From positions 1-64,000 of the forward strand of contig CAVUUR010000011.1 of the NCBI GenBank assembly GCA_963744715.1: DNA of 64,000 bases, read 5' to 3'. The notes under the pieces were generated by a model. It was not told where the DNA came from and did no database searches. It was given only the letters and a program-made list of their open reading frames with translations. The position numbers and the translations under genes were made by a program. Below, piece after piece: positions 1 through 9,675 of the stretch; position 1 is the first letter of the stretch, and every line of letters starts with the position of its first letter. Source of the stretch: an uncultured bacterium. GTDB lineage: Bacteria; Babelota; Babeliae; Babelales; JACPOV01.

Positions 1-30
1 CCAGTACAGAACTTTTTTTGCTTGCATCAT
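1..30 (-). CDS. 5' end of a CDS running off the window (MMQAKKVLYW...)
   Basis: ATGATG preceded by AGGTGA RBS on the minus strand; open to the window edge; product unknown. Confidence 0.45.
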   Translation of the reverse strand, partial: MMQAKKVLYW

Positions 31-209
31 TGCTTCACCTATTATTTTTAATCTAGTAATCCTTTTATTTTTTACTATTTTTGTACTACAATAGTCAATA
101 ATTTACTATTAAAAAATAAAAAAATTAATTATTAGGAGAGTGTTTTTCGCAAAAGAAGATACATGAGGGAATAATCTACAAAATGTATAGAATCACGCTT
201 GCTTAACTA

Positions 210-940
210 TTATATTTTTTTACATTGATGCGCAACAAGAAATAACAAAATTCCTGCGGCAACTGAAGCATTATAGGAGCTCGTATCTTTTTGTGGCAAC
301 GTGATGCAGGCGCCTTGAGATCTAATATCTTGAGAAATACCAACTCCTTCACTGCCAATTACTAAGCATAACGGTAAGGAATATTTGGTAGTAAGAGCAT
401 CGGTACCATGATTAACAACGGCCAAATAAAGATTGTACCCAGCAGATTTTAATAAACTTGCGGCATGTTGTGCAGAAGGTACAAACATAATATCTAAATG
501 TTCTGCAAGTCCAGCGGATGCTTTGAGTGTACTAGCATTAATGGGGGCACCGACCTTTTTTGATAATAATAACACCATCAACGTTAGTGCAATAAGCAGA
601 ACGTAAAATTGCTCCTAAATTGCGCGTATCTTGAACGCCATCAATCATAATCAACAACGGTTGCTTTTTAGGATCAAACATTTTTTTACGCTCAACAAAT
701 GGCAACGCCAATAACACCTTGATGATCGGAACTGTTTGCGATTTTATGCAAAACATCCCGTGTTACGTATTGTATGGTGGTCGATTTTTGTAATAATGGG
801 GTAAGCAGATTCCATGCTTTTGGCACCGGTTTAGTGGTGTAAATCATCGTCAAGCGACGTTTTTTTGCTTTAAGCAGTTCAACAATCGGATGGATGCCAA
901 AAACCAGGTCAGTATTGTGATTAAGTTCTTTTTTATTCAT
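210..940 (-). CDS. rlmB: 23S rRNA 2'-O-methyltransferase RlmB (TrmH/SpoU family), split by two frameshifts
   Basis: Three consecutive ORFs carry VFGIHPIVELL, HQGV, DGVQDTRNLGAILRSA, LVIGSEGVG and SYNASVAAGILL motifs in order. Confidence 0.9.
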
Positions 941-974
941 GCATAACAGTATAGCAGGGCTGGAAAAAAAGATA

Positions 975-1478
975 TCAATCTTCTTCATCATGATACGGAG
1001 ATTCATAATGTTCAACAAATAATCCCATATTTTCTATTGTCTGAATGGTAGATTTACAGGGTTTTGCGCTTCCTATATACATATAATAATCCCATCCAAA
1101 ATGAACATACATAGTTGGTGTCTCAAACTTACACCATAGTTCATTCCTTAATGCAACCTAACTATAGAAGGAATGAATTCTTTGTTTATATATTCCTCGT
1201 TGATTATTTCTTCGTTTGTATCAAAAAAATCTTTTTTGGGCGCATGCCATGTTGTTCTAAATGAGTAATTTTTAATGAATCAACGGCTAGACAGTCCATA
1301 AATAACATAACTGCTTGAATATAAGCGTTTTCTATTTTATCGATATTATAGGTTAATTGTTCACCTTCAAAAAAATTTTCCTATTTCGATATAACAAGTC
1401 CATCGAATAATTCTTTGTGTAAGATCCATTACTAGCACGGTATTGAGGATCATATTTTGTGATGCGCCAACAAAACAT
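975..1478 (-). CDS. Hypothetical protein not resolved by the ORF track (frameshifted): MFCWRITKYDPQYR...ENAYIQAVMLFM...LRNELWCKFETPTMYVHFGWDYYMYIG...GLFVEHYESPY
   Basis: GGAG RBS before ATG at 1478; manual translation across frames gives a coherent ~165 aa protein ending at TGA 975. Confidence 0.7.
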
Positions 1479-3661
1479 ATTAATCTCCAGATACGTACAA
1501 ACGATGCCGGCTGCTAATAATCCACAATATAAGCCGAAAATTTTATTGCCGTGACGTTCATACCACGGTGTTTTGCTGAGAATAAGATTTTCGATGGGTC
1601 TTAAATCTTTAATATGTTTTATTGTTATAGGGGTACAGTTACCACGGCAGCAGTCATAATCAGAAAATCGAAGGCCATTATATAAGCTAAAATAGGGTGA
1701 ATTGTAGTGGTTTGCCGTATTAAGGGGTTTGCAGTTTAACAAGGCTGATTGCATAGCATTATAATATTCATTTTTTTCAACATCGTTACTAAAATGTAGT
1801 GATGAAATAAACTTTTTATTAGGTTCTTCTTGGCGGTTATTAGTATTATTTTTTGTACGTGCAAAGTAAGATGATACTTTATTATGTAATAATGAAATCA
1901 CTTTGCCCATACCAAAGAGTAAAGCATTGCCATACTGTTGAGAATAATATGATCGTTGTTCCAATATTTTTTTTTCAAGTTTTTGTAGATCAATGCTGGT
2001 TTTCTCATCATCTGCTAGATCAATTTGGCATTGCACTAGGTGTTTATAATAATCCGACACTGGTTTTGTTTCTTCCTCAAAAAGCGGAATGAATGGAAGT
2101 GAACGTTTCAAATTGGTAGAGAGTAATCCATGAGTATGTTGTTTTAATAATTGTGGAATTTTTTCTTTTGCTATTATTCCTTTTTTGGCTGCAAGGAGTG
2201 CAATAAAGGGATTGCCATGTTGCACTAGTGTTTTGATATTTTGTTCATCATCTGGTGCTGGGAACTGTAGTTTATCTGATAGTGGTTGTAAATCGGATTG
2301 ATCAAGTGCACTAATATGATCTTTGCTGAGCATCTCAACCACATTGATTCTTGGATATTCTAGTAGTAGTGTACGCATATCATCTTGAGTGCCATGTTTT
2401 ATTAGTATTGGAATAAATGGCATTCGATTTTCCATCTTTGCAATGGCGCTGCATATACTAGGGGATAGTGTAGGATATTTTGTTAGTAGTATATGTAAAT
2501 CTTCAAGCTCGTTTTCAAAAAGGTTCTCAATAGTTTTGTAGTTTGGTTTTATTTGCTGCTGAATTAATGTTTTAAGGTATTGTAATTCTTTATCAGTAAA
2601 TGATTTTGAGTTAAGGTCTACTGCCTTGTATGTGTTTGATGTATTATCACGGTATGTAGGAAGGCCGCTACCTATATACTGGGCAAAAATTATGCAAAAG
2701 GGATCATAAACATTAGGTTTAAGTAAATCATATTGCAATAAAAGTTCTAACAGTTCACCGTTTGCATTGTTTGTGGGTGTTGTGAAAGAGATGTTTCTCC
2801 CGGAAGGCGTCTTAAATTATTCATCCATGGTTGCATAGATTTAAGAGATAATATGTCCTCCAATATTTTGTAATTGGAAGAGTCATGCGATGCATGCTTA
2901 GCTAGTGCTTGTATGGTAAATATTGGATTGATGCCATATAGTAGGGCAGCATCCATAATTTGTTTATAACTGGAGGTTTGCTCTAGTTCTAATACGTTAA
3001 ATATTTTTTCTCTAGATTTAGGATCGGAATTATTGCTCAGAATAACATTCTCCAAATCTTCGGGTGCCTCGATAAATATATACTTATAATTCTCCCACGC
3101 TTCCCGGCCACAAAGTTTTTTTTGGGTATCGCTTTTTTCTATATTCTGTACTAAATAAGCACGATGATCACGGTGATTCAGGAGACCACTGTAATGAAGA
3201 TATTCTCGATTGCTCTCGGAAGAAGGATGTTTCACATGAATTTCAATCATCTGTAATAATTCTTTGCTGCTTATATTTTTTTGTCGTAAAAGACATTCCA
3301 CATGGTTATCAAAAGAATAAGTCATACATGCTTTATATACAGCATTAGGATAAAAGGGTTTTTCCTTGATCCATTTTTCAAAATTTTTCTTTAGTTCCTT
3401 AGGAATTATTTCGATGTGTTTGTCCAATGCTTGGCTAAAATCAGCTAAAATGCCATTTTTTTTATAATGTTGTTGAGCAAAAAAGCCAAAACATAAATGT
3501 TTTAAGGTATCGGGAGTATTTCCTTGTTGAATAATAGCTTTTTGATCCATTGCATAGTGATAATGAAATGAAGTACATAAATCAAGAAATAAAATACTCA
3601 GTATGCATGTTTTTAGTGTTGCCAAGCGTAACCCTAGTTGATGGTTTCTATTTGAAAACAA
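1353..3661 (-). CDS. Exported hypothetical protein with an ankyrin-like repeat and C-terminal TM helix; probably one gene split into ORFs 2747..3661 and 1353..2738
   Basis: Removing two single bases at ~2776-2787 yields GETSLHNTTNNANGELLELLLQY (ankyrin-like); N-terminal hydrophobic stretch ends HYA-MDQ; true stop probably near 1480. Confidence 0.55.
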
Positions 3662-3823
3662 GAAAATAATAACCCTTAGTTAAGAGTATAATATATTATA
3701 CTTCAGTGGTATATATGAAAAAATAGTTTTTTTCTACGGTGATAGGGAGTTGAGATGAATGTATTTTTTTGGTATAATTTTTTAGAAAATGTTTCTATAA
3801 AAAAATAATCTAACGGAGGATAT

Positions 3824-4453
3824 ATGAATATATTTTCTTTTGCTCAACATAGCGCCATTGCAATGCTTGCTATTTGCTTGTTAGGTAATAATAGTGCTTT
3901 TGGCGCCAGTGCAGTAGGTGATGAGCAACCCGTTGAGCAAAAAGTCATTGAGGCAGAAGATTCTTTGGATACGTTATTTGATCAATGGTTTACCTTAAGT
4001 AAAACTATTGGCACCAAAATGTATGAAGAGCTATGTGCTGATTTTGAAGATCCAGAAAATCCTGTTAATCAAAAAGATAATAATAAATCTCCGTGGCATA
4101 TTGATAGTGATGACAGTTCGGTAACTATTTCAATAACAATGCCCGTAGTTAATCGTGATAGTATTACTATTATTCCGGCGGGTGGTTATATTAAAGGAAC
4201 CGTGCAAGAGAACGGATATTATTGTAATTTTATTATTTCAAATTCTGATTTTCGTGTAACCATTCAACAAGAAAATACGGTTACCAAAGATGATAATAAA
4301 ACACATGCATACTCATCGAGCTCATTGCAGCAAGCGGTATTGTTACCAGCAGAGGTTGAAATTACTTCCAATGTAAAAGCAGAATATAAAGACAATATGT
4401 TAAAAATTACATTGTCGAAAAAACAAGCTCCTGCAAAAATTCCTGTTTTATAA
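3824..4453 (+). CDS. Hsp20/alpha-crystallin-like protein with N-terminal signal peptide
   Basis: C-terminal LPAEV...VKAEYKDNMLKITLSK...KIPV matches the Hsp20 consensus; hydrophobic N-terminus ending AFG. Confidence 0.7.
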   Translation: MNIFSFAQHSAIAMLAICLLGNNSAFGASAVGDEQPVEQKVIEAEDSLDTLFDQWFTLSKTIGTKMYEELCADFEDPENPVNQKDNNKSPWHIDSDDSSVTISITMPVVNRDSITIIPAGGYIKGTVQENGYYCNFIISNSDFRVTIQQENTVTKDDNKTHAYSSSSLQQAVLLPAEVEITSNVKAEYKDNMLKITLSKKQAPAKIPVL

Positions 4454-4475
4454 CTAAGATAAAAACAAATGTAGC

Positions 4476-4504
4476 AAAAAGGCCTGGTTTTTCCGGGCCT
4501 TTTT
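4476..4504 (+). terminator. Rho-independent terminator
   Basis: AAAAAGGCCTGG-TTTTT-CCGGGCCTTTTT hairpin with U tract. Confidence 0.75.
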
Positions 4505-4519
4505 AATAGGCAATCAAGC

Positions 4520-5653
4520 ATGAATCCATTGACATGGGTAGAAATTAGCAAGCGTGCATTACGTGACAATATTTATCAGTATGCAAACATTATTTCGCAA
4601 TGTGCATTGTTAGCGCCGGTTATAAAAAGCAATGCGTATGGGCATGGCTTATTGCCCGTTGCATCATTACTTGATGGCAATACATTGGTAACGTGGTTAT
4701 GTGTTGTTTCGCTCAGTGAGGCGTTAATGCTTCGCGCTCATGGCATACAAAAAACAATTTTGGTACTGAGTATCATTGATGATGAGCTTGAAAGGGCCGT
4801 TAGTAATAATATTGATTTGGTTGCCTATGATCTAAAAACAATCTTAAAACTTGATGCTATTGCTCAGCAACAAAAGAAAATGGCGCGTATTCATATTAAA
4901 ATTGATACGGGTCTTTCTCGTGCTGGCATATGGCATGAAGAGGCATTTTCTTTTATTGAACACATTGCATCATTGCCGGCTATTACTATACAAGGAATCT
5001 TTACCCATTTTGCCAATAGTGAAAGTGATGATCCTACCTTTGTTTCTTTGCAATTATTGCGATTTCATTACCTGATACATCAACTTGAATCCCGTGGAAT
5101 ATATATTCCGTATAAACATACAACATGCTCGGCGGCTATCACAGCCTATAATAATGCTCATTATAACGCAGTTCGTTTAGGAATAGGCACCTATGGATTA
5201 TGGCCTTCAGCTGAAAATAAATATATAACACAAAAAAAATATCCGGCGTTTGAACTTAAGCCAGTTTTAACCTGGAAAACGCGCATTATTCAAATAAAAA
5301 CAGTTCCTTGCGATAGCTATGTGGGCTATGATTTAACGTATAAAACTACGCAGTCAACAACCATTGCATTATTGCCGGTCGGTTATTGGGATGGTTATGA
5401 TCGGGGGTTATCTAATAAGGGAACGGTTCTGATACATAACAAATACGCACCGGTGATTGGCCGTATTGCCATGAATCTGACAATGGTTGATATTACGGCT
5501 ATTCCGGAAGTGCAGATTGATGATGAAGTGATATTATTGGGTAATTATGATAAGCTCAATGCTCATGCTATCGCCCAGCATCTTGATACCATCAATTATG
5601 AAATAGTTACAAAAATTAATCCATTATTGCCACGCGTGATTGTTGATTCGTGA
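4520..5653 (+). CDS. alr: Alanine racemase
   Basis: VIKSNAYGHG PLP-lysine motif, HIKIDTGLSRAG, VGYWDG, GRIAMN, TINYE. Confidence 0.96.
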   Translation: MNPLTWVEISKRALRDNIYQYANIISQCALLAPVIKSNAYGHGLLPVASLLDGNTLVTWLCVVSLSEALMLRAHGIQKTILVLSIIDDELERAVSNNIDLVAYDLKTILKLDAIAQQQKKMARIHIKIDTGLSRAGIWHEEAFSFIEHIASLPAITIQGIFTHFANSESDDPTFVSLQLLRFHYLIHQLESRGIYIPYKHTTCSAAITAYNNAHYNAVRLGIGTYGLWPSAENKYITQKKYPAFELKPVLTWKTRIIQIKTVPCDSYVGYDLTYKTTQSTTIALLPVGYWDGYDRGLSNKGTVLIHNKYAPVIGRIAMNLTMVDITAIPEVQIDDEVILLGNYDKLNAHAIAQHLDTINYEIVTKINPLLPRVIVDS

Positions 5654-5690
5654 TTGTTGATTAATAATTTTTTTTAGCATAAGGAACATC

Positions 5691-6389
5691 ATGTATATTG
5701 TCGAAGGTAATATTGGTGCAGGAAAATCTACTTTTTTAAACTTAGTTGGTAAACATCTGCCTCATATAAAAATCGCGTTAGAGCCTGTGAATAATTGGCA
5801 AAAAAATGTATATGGGCAATCATTACTGGCCAATTTTTACGAAAATCCTGAGCGATGGTCATATACTTTAGAAACATTTGCTATGATTTGTCGTGTTCGA
5901 GAACATTTGCAAGATCAAATGGATCCTTCAGTTAATCGTTTGATCGAGCGATCAATTTATTCCGGGCATTATTGCTTTGTGTTAACCGGATACCAAAATG
6001 GATTTATGAATGATATTGAATGGACATTGTATAACGATTGGTTCAATGCTCTTATTCCACAAAAATGTTTACCGCCTCGTGGTTTTATCTATTTACGGAC
6101 GACGCCAGATATTGCTTATCAACGAATAAAAAAACGTAACAGGCTTGCTGAGAAAAATATTACCTTTGCGTATTTAAAACAGATTCATAATTACCATGAA
6201 AAATTTTTGTGTACGCATGAAGGAATTTTACCCGAGCTAAAAAATGTTCCGGTACTTATTCTTGATGCAAACCAAGAATTTCAACATGATTCGCAGCGAT
6301 TGCAAGAACATTTAGAGCAATTGACTAATTTTATTGCACAAACATCAATAGAATCCCAACGTGCTATTAGTAACATGAATTTGATCTGA
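5691..6389 (+). CDS. Deoxynucleoside kinase
   Basis: VEGNIGAGKST P-loop, EPV, ERSIYS, RIKKRNR lid. Confidence 0.93.
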   Translation: MYIVEGNIGAGKSTFLNLVGKHLPHIKIALEPVNNWQKNVYGQSLLANFYENPERWSYTLETFAMICRVREHLQDQMDPSVNRLIERSIYSGHYCFVLTGYQNGFMNDIEWTLYNDWFNALIPQKCLPPRGFIYLRTTPDIAYQRIKKRNRLAEKNITFAYLKQIHNYHEKFLCTHEGILPELKNVPVLILDANQEFQHDSQRLQEHLEQLTNFIAQTSIESQRAISNMNLI

Positions 6390-6469
6390 AGCAACGTGAA
6401 CTTTTTTTGCTTCCTCGCCATAAAAATTTATGATTTTTATGGACGAATAGTAAATCCAAGACCAATGCT

Positions 6470-6854
6470 TTAGATTGCTTTGCAAGCAAACGTGAAATTT
6501 TTGCCATCATAGGTAATAAGAACTTCTTGTGGTTTTGGATTTTGCATGGAAATCCTTTCCCATTCATCAAGAAGTTTAACAAACTCTGGTTGTTCGATAG
6601 GAAAGTAAGGACCACCATCTAGTTCTTCAGAATCTTGATCACTCACTATGATATAATTATCTTTTTTCTCAAGATGTGTTATATTGCCTCCGTAACTACT
6701 TAAATCATTTTTATCGACAGCCCATTCTTTAAACAGTGAACGTCGGCAACCAATATCGGATAAAAAACATGCAAGTATGGCCATTTCTTGGATCTGCATC
6801 TTTGTAACTGTAAAAGCCATCTTCCATAACAATTTTTAAATAATTTTTTTTCAT
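6470..6854 (-). CDS. Second immunity protein of the EndoU toxin locus (one frameshift near 6791)
   Basis: Paralog of 7082..7465; N-terminus MKKNYLKIVMEDGFYSYKDAD from ATG 6854 lies in another frame and aligns with MNNYAKIALRDIDYYLCSDSD. Confidence 0.75.
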
Positions 6855-6864
6855 CACATTATCC

Positions 6865-7080
6865 TTATTCTAATACCGGGTAAGCGGTTGTTATCTGGCC
6901 TTTTTTAGTAATATACATTTCTATTTTTATACCTTCATCCGTAAATCCTGTCACCAAATATTTGCCGCTAGGTTTCAACTCATAATTTTTTGCACCAGTT
7001 TTAATGAAATGGTCATAGGCTTCTAGGATTTTACTAATTACCTTTTCTCGCGGCCAGAGTTGAGGGAACAAAGTTTTATG
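6865..7080 (-). pseudogene. Orphan EndoU toxin C-terminal cassette with no start codon
   Basis: KTLFPQLWPREKVISKILEAYDHFIKTGAKNYEL...TTAYPVLE is near-identical to the C-terminus of the toxin at 7507..9525. Confidence 0.85.
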
Positions 7081-7081
7081 A

Positions 7082-7465
7082 TTATTTGCAAGCAAACGTG
7101 AAATTTTTTCCATCATAGGTAATGAGAATTTCTTGCGGTTTTGGATTTTGTTTGCAAATGCTTTCCCATTCATCAAGAAGCTTAACAAATTCTCGTTGTT
7201 CGATAGAAAAATACGGACCACCATCGGGTTCTTCAGAAACTTGATCACTAAGAATGACATAGCCATCTTTTTTTTCAAGGAAGGTTATATTGCCTCCACA
7301 CTTAGTACATCCGGAATCAAAAAGAGCCCATCCTCGATACCATAAGCGATTGCAACCAACGTCAGAGGCTAAAAAACGACCTAAGATATACATTTCTACG
7401 GTGTCTGAATCGCTACATAAATAATAGTCGATATCCCTTAGCGCTATTTTAGCGTAATTGTTCAT
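7082..7465 (-). CDS. Putative immunity protein for the EndoU toxin
   Basis: Small acidic ORF immediately downstream of the toxin with GAGG RBS; duplicated after the orphan cassette. Confidence 0.8.
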   Translation of the reverse strand: MNNYAKIALRDIDYYLCSDSDTVEMYILGRFLASDVGCNRLWYRGWALFDSGCTKCGGNITFLEKKDGYVILSDQVSEEPDGGPYFSIEQREFVKLLDEWESICKQNPKPQEILITYDGKNFTFACK

Positions 7466-7506
7466 AATTTCCTCATTTATATTAACACTGGATAAGCTGA
7501 CGTCAT

Positions 7507-9525
7507 TCAGCCATTTTTGGTAATATACATTTGAATTTTTACGCCTTCATCAATAAATCCCGTTACAGTATAGGTACCATTACGATTTAACTCATAATTT
7601 TTTGCACCAGTTTTAATGAAATGATCGTAGGCTTCAAGAATTTTACTAATAACTTTTTCTCGTGACCAATGTTGAGGAAAAAAAGTTTTATCCCACGAAA
7701 TACCATTAATAATTACTTTCGCACGATAAAACCCATTACTATCTACCATCTTGTCGACGAATTGAATAAGTCCACTTTTTTCAATACGTCCCCAAAGATC
7801 ATGATGAAACCCGAACCACTTGAGTATGTCTTTTGCAGGTGCAAACCAATCAATACCTAAAATATGATTATAGGGAATTTTAATATATTTAGTAGCAAAT
7901 TCGCCAAATCCTTTACGTGCATTATCAAACATTTTTTTTAACTGAGGCAGTTCTTGTTTCACCTCTTCCAGTATGGCTGTGAGTTCTGTAACCAGATCTT
8001 GCCCTGCCGGTACAATAGTAACTAATGATTCAACGGCTTTTTCTTCTCGAACAATGTTGTGTATTACATTTTCTACGGCAACACATTCTTCTTGTAATGC
8101 AGCTGGTGTAATAATTTCAGTTGTTTGGAGTGCAACAGCAACGTGAACTTCTTGTGCGGTGAGAGCCCTAGTGCCTTGTTTTATTTTTTCAACGTAGGAG
8201 GGAATTTTCTGATACGCAGCCGTAAAAATTTTATTCAAACAATGGGCTGTCGCGGGCAACAGAACGGTTTGTGTAACCAAACGCGAACCCTGTTTGAGCG
8301 CATCATACGGATTATTAACACAATACAACTGTAATGCCTGTGCGGTTCGGCCCACTTCTTGGATGAGGGTTAATGCTTGTTTTCTATAATTCTCTTGTAG
8401 AATCGAAATGAGCGGTTGATGTTGTTTAATGAAACGAACTAAACAATGTGCAGTATTGTTTATGCTTTGTGCAAATGCCAGAGGAGGACTTTTGTAATTA
8501 TTAAGGGTAGGTTGTGTCGATGCTATTATTCCTAATAATTCTTCAGAATTATTAATAGAATAGTGTCGAAAAGAATTTCCCAAGTTAACTAATTCACCTG
8601 CAGCAAGTAATGGTTCATGGCCTGGTAGTACTACAACAGAAAATAATGCTGGATATTTTTTAATAGCATGCATTAATCCGTAAGTAGTATTTTTTGCACT
8701 GGTTACTAATTCAATCACAGCACCTTGTGGATTAGTAATTGCGTTGCTTATTGCAGTTTTAGTAGCATTGATTTCTTCCAAAATACCTTCGCCGATGGCG
8801 AGCGCAGTCGATCGCATAAAAGACCAACACACATCAAGGAGGTTAAGTGCATCGGTAACCATGCCGGCATAATTATGTTGTCTGCTCAGTTCAACGAACG
8901 GCATAAGTATATGCCCAGTTTGTTTTGCTACGCTTGTGCCCACAATACTATCAATAACCTGCAAGCATTCCGTATGAATAATATGTTGTAACGTTGATCC
9001 TCGCAATGTTTGGTATGCATTGACTGGAAGATTATGTTCACATAATAATTGTTGTATCGGTGCGGATAAGGCAAAAACTTTTGTACTGATTTCATACGTA
9101 GCATGATTATTAGTATGCACTATTAAACTATTCAATCGCTGCTTGATTACATGAGGGGGTACGCTATCATAGTTAGATGTATGAGCAAGTGCAAGCAGCT
9201 TAGGATATTCTTGCTCTAACCGATTGCGCAGTTCTTTATCATAATTCCGATCTTTTTTATACGGATCTTTTAATTCTTTTTCTCCCTTCCACCATTCGTA
9301 TGCACAGCATACTAAAAAAGCTAGAACAGCTGCGGGCTCTGCTATTTTTTTAAGAGCTTGTAAAAGAACATTGCCATTATTTTTTTGATTGTGCGTAGAA
9401 GTATGTGCCGTTATTTGTGGAACATCATTATTATTATACTTCGGTATATAATCGGTACTGGAATACGCAAAAGATCTGAATGGTGTAAAAAGTATCACGC
9501 ATACAAAAAAAAATTTCTTCATCAC
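7507..9525 (-). CDS. Signal-peptide polymorphic toxin with C-terminal bacterial EndoU ribonuclease domain
   Basis: NHILG, GFHHD, NGFYRAKV, KTFFPQHWSREKV motifs (His-His-Lys triad); reading through TGA 7507 adds MTSAYPVLI to 7477. Confidence 0.85.
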   Translation of the reverse strand: MMKKFFFVCVILFTPFRSFAYSSTDYIPKYNNNDVPQITAHTSTHNQKNNGNVLLQALKKIAEPAAVLAFLVCCAYEWWKGEKELKDPYKKDRNYDKELRNRLEQEYPKLLALAHTSNYDSVPPHVIKQRLNSLIVHTNNHATYEISTKVFALSAPIQQLLCEHNLPVNAYQTLRGSTLQHIIHTECLQVIDSIVGTSVAKQTGHILMPFVELSRQHNYAGMVTDALNLLDVCWSFMRSTALAIGEGILEEINATKTAISNAITNPQGAVIELVTSAKNTTYGLMHAIKKYPALFSVVVLPGHEPLLAAGELVNLGNSFRHYSINNSEELLGIIASTQPTLNNYKSPPLAFAQSINNTAHCLVRFIKQHQPLISILQENYRKQALTLIQEVGRTAQALQLYCVNNPYDALKQGSRLVTQTVLLPATAHCLNKIFTAAYQKIPSYVEKIKQGTRALTAQEVHVAVALQTTEIITPAALQEECVAVENVIHNIVREEKAVESLVTIVPAGQDLVTELTAILEEVKQELPQLKKMFDNARKGFGEFATKYIKIPYNHILGIDWFAPAKDILKWFGFHHDLWGRIEKSGLIQFVDKMVDSNGFYRAKVIINGISWDKTFFPQHWSREKVISKILEAYDHFIKTGAKNYELNRNGTYTVTGFIDEGVKIQMYITKNG

Positions 9526-9675
9526 TACTCACTCTCTTTTTTTACTAAACATTGTGCTTCATTTTATTTTTTTAAAACGTAGCATAATAAGAGAGTAAAT
9601 CAAGGGAAGGTTAGTCGCGTAGAGCCTTTTTCGAATTCACTTATATCAGATCATTGTACCGGTAATGAAAACGTT

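Noticed and set aside
6367..6618. 83-aa ORF similar to part of 6865..7278
   Set aside because: Shadow frame of the duplicated immunity genes
7081..7278. N-terminal half of ORF 6865..7278 as real protein
   Set aside because: It is an alternative frame of immunity gene 1; only 6865..7080 is toxin-derived
7507..7509. Genome-wide TGA recoding (code 4/25) as the explanation for the toxin's internal TGA
   Set aside because: Conserved genes (alr, topA, batA, sufB, sufS, nurA) end at TGA at their expected lengths
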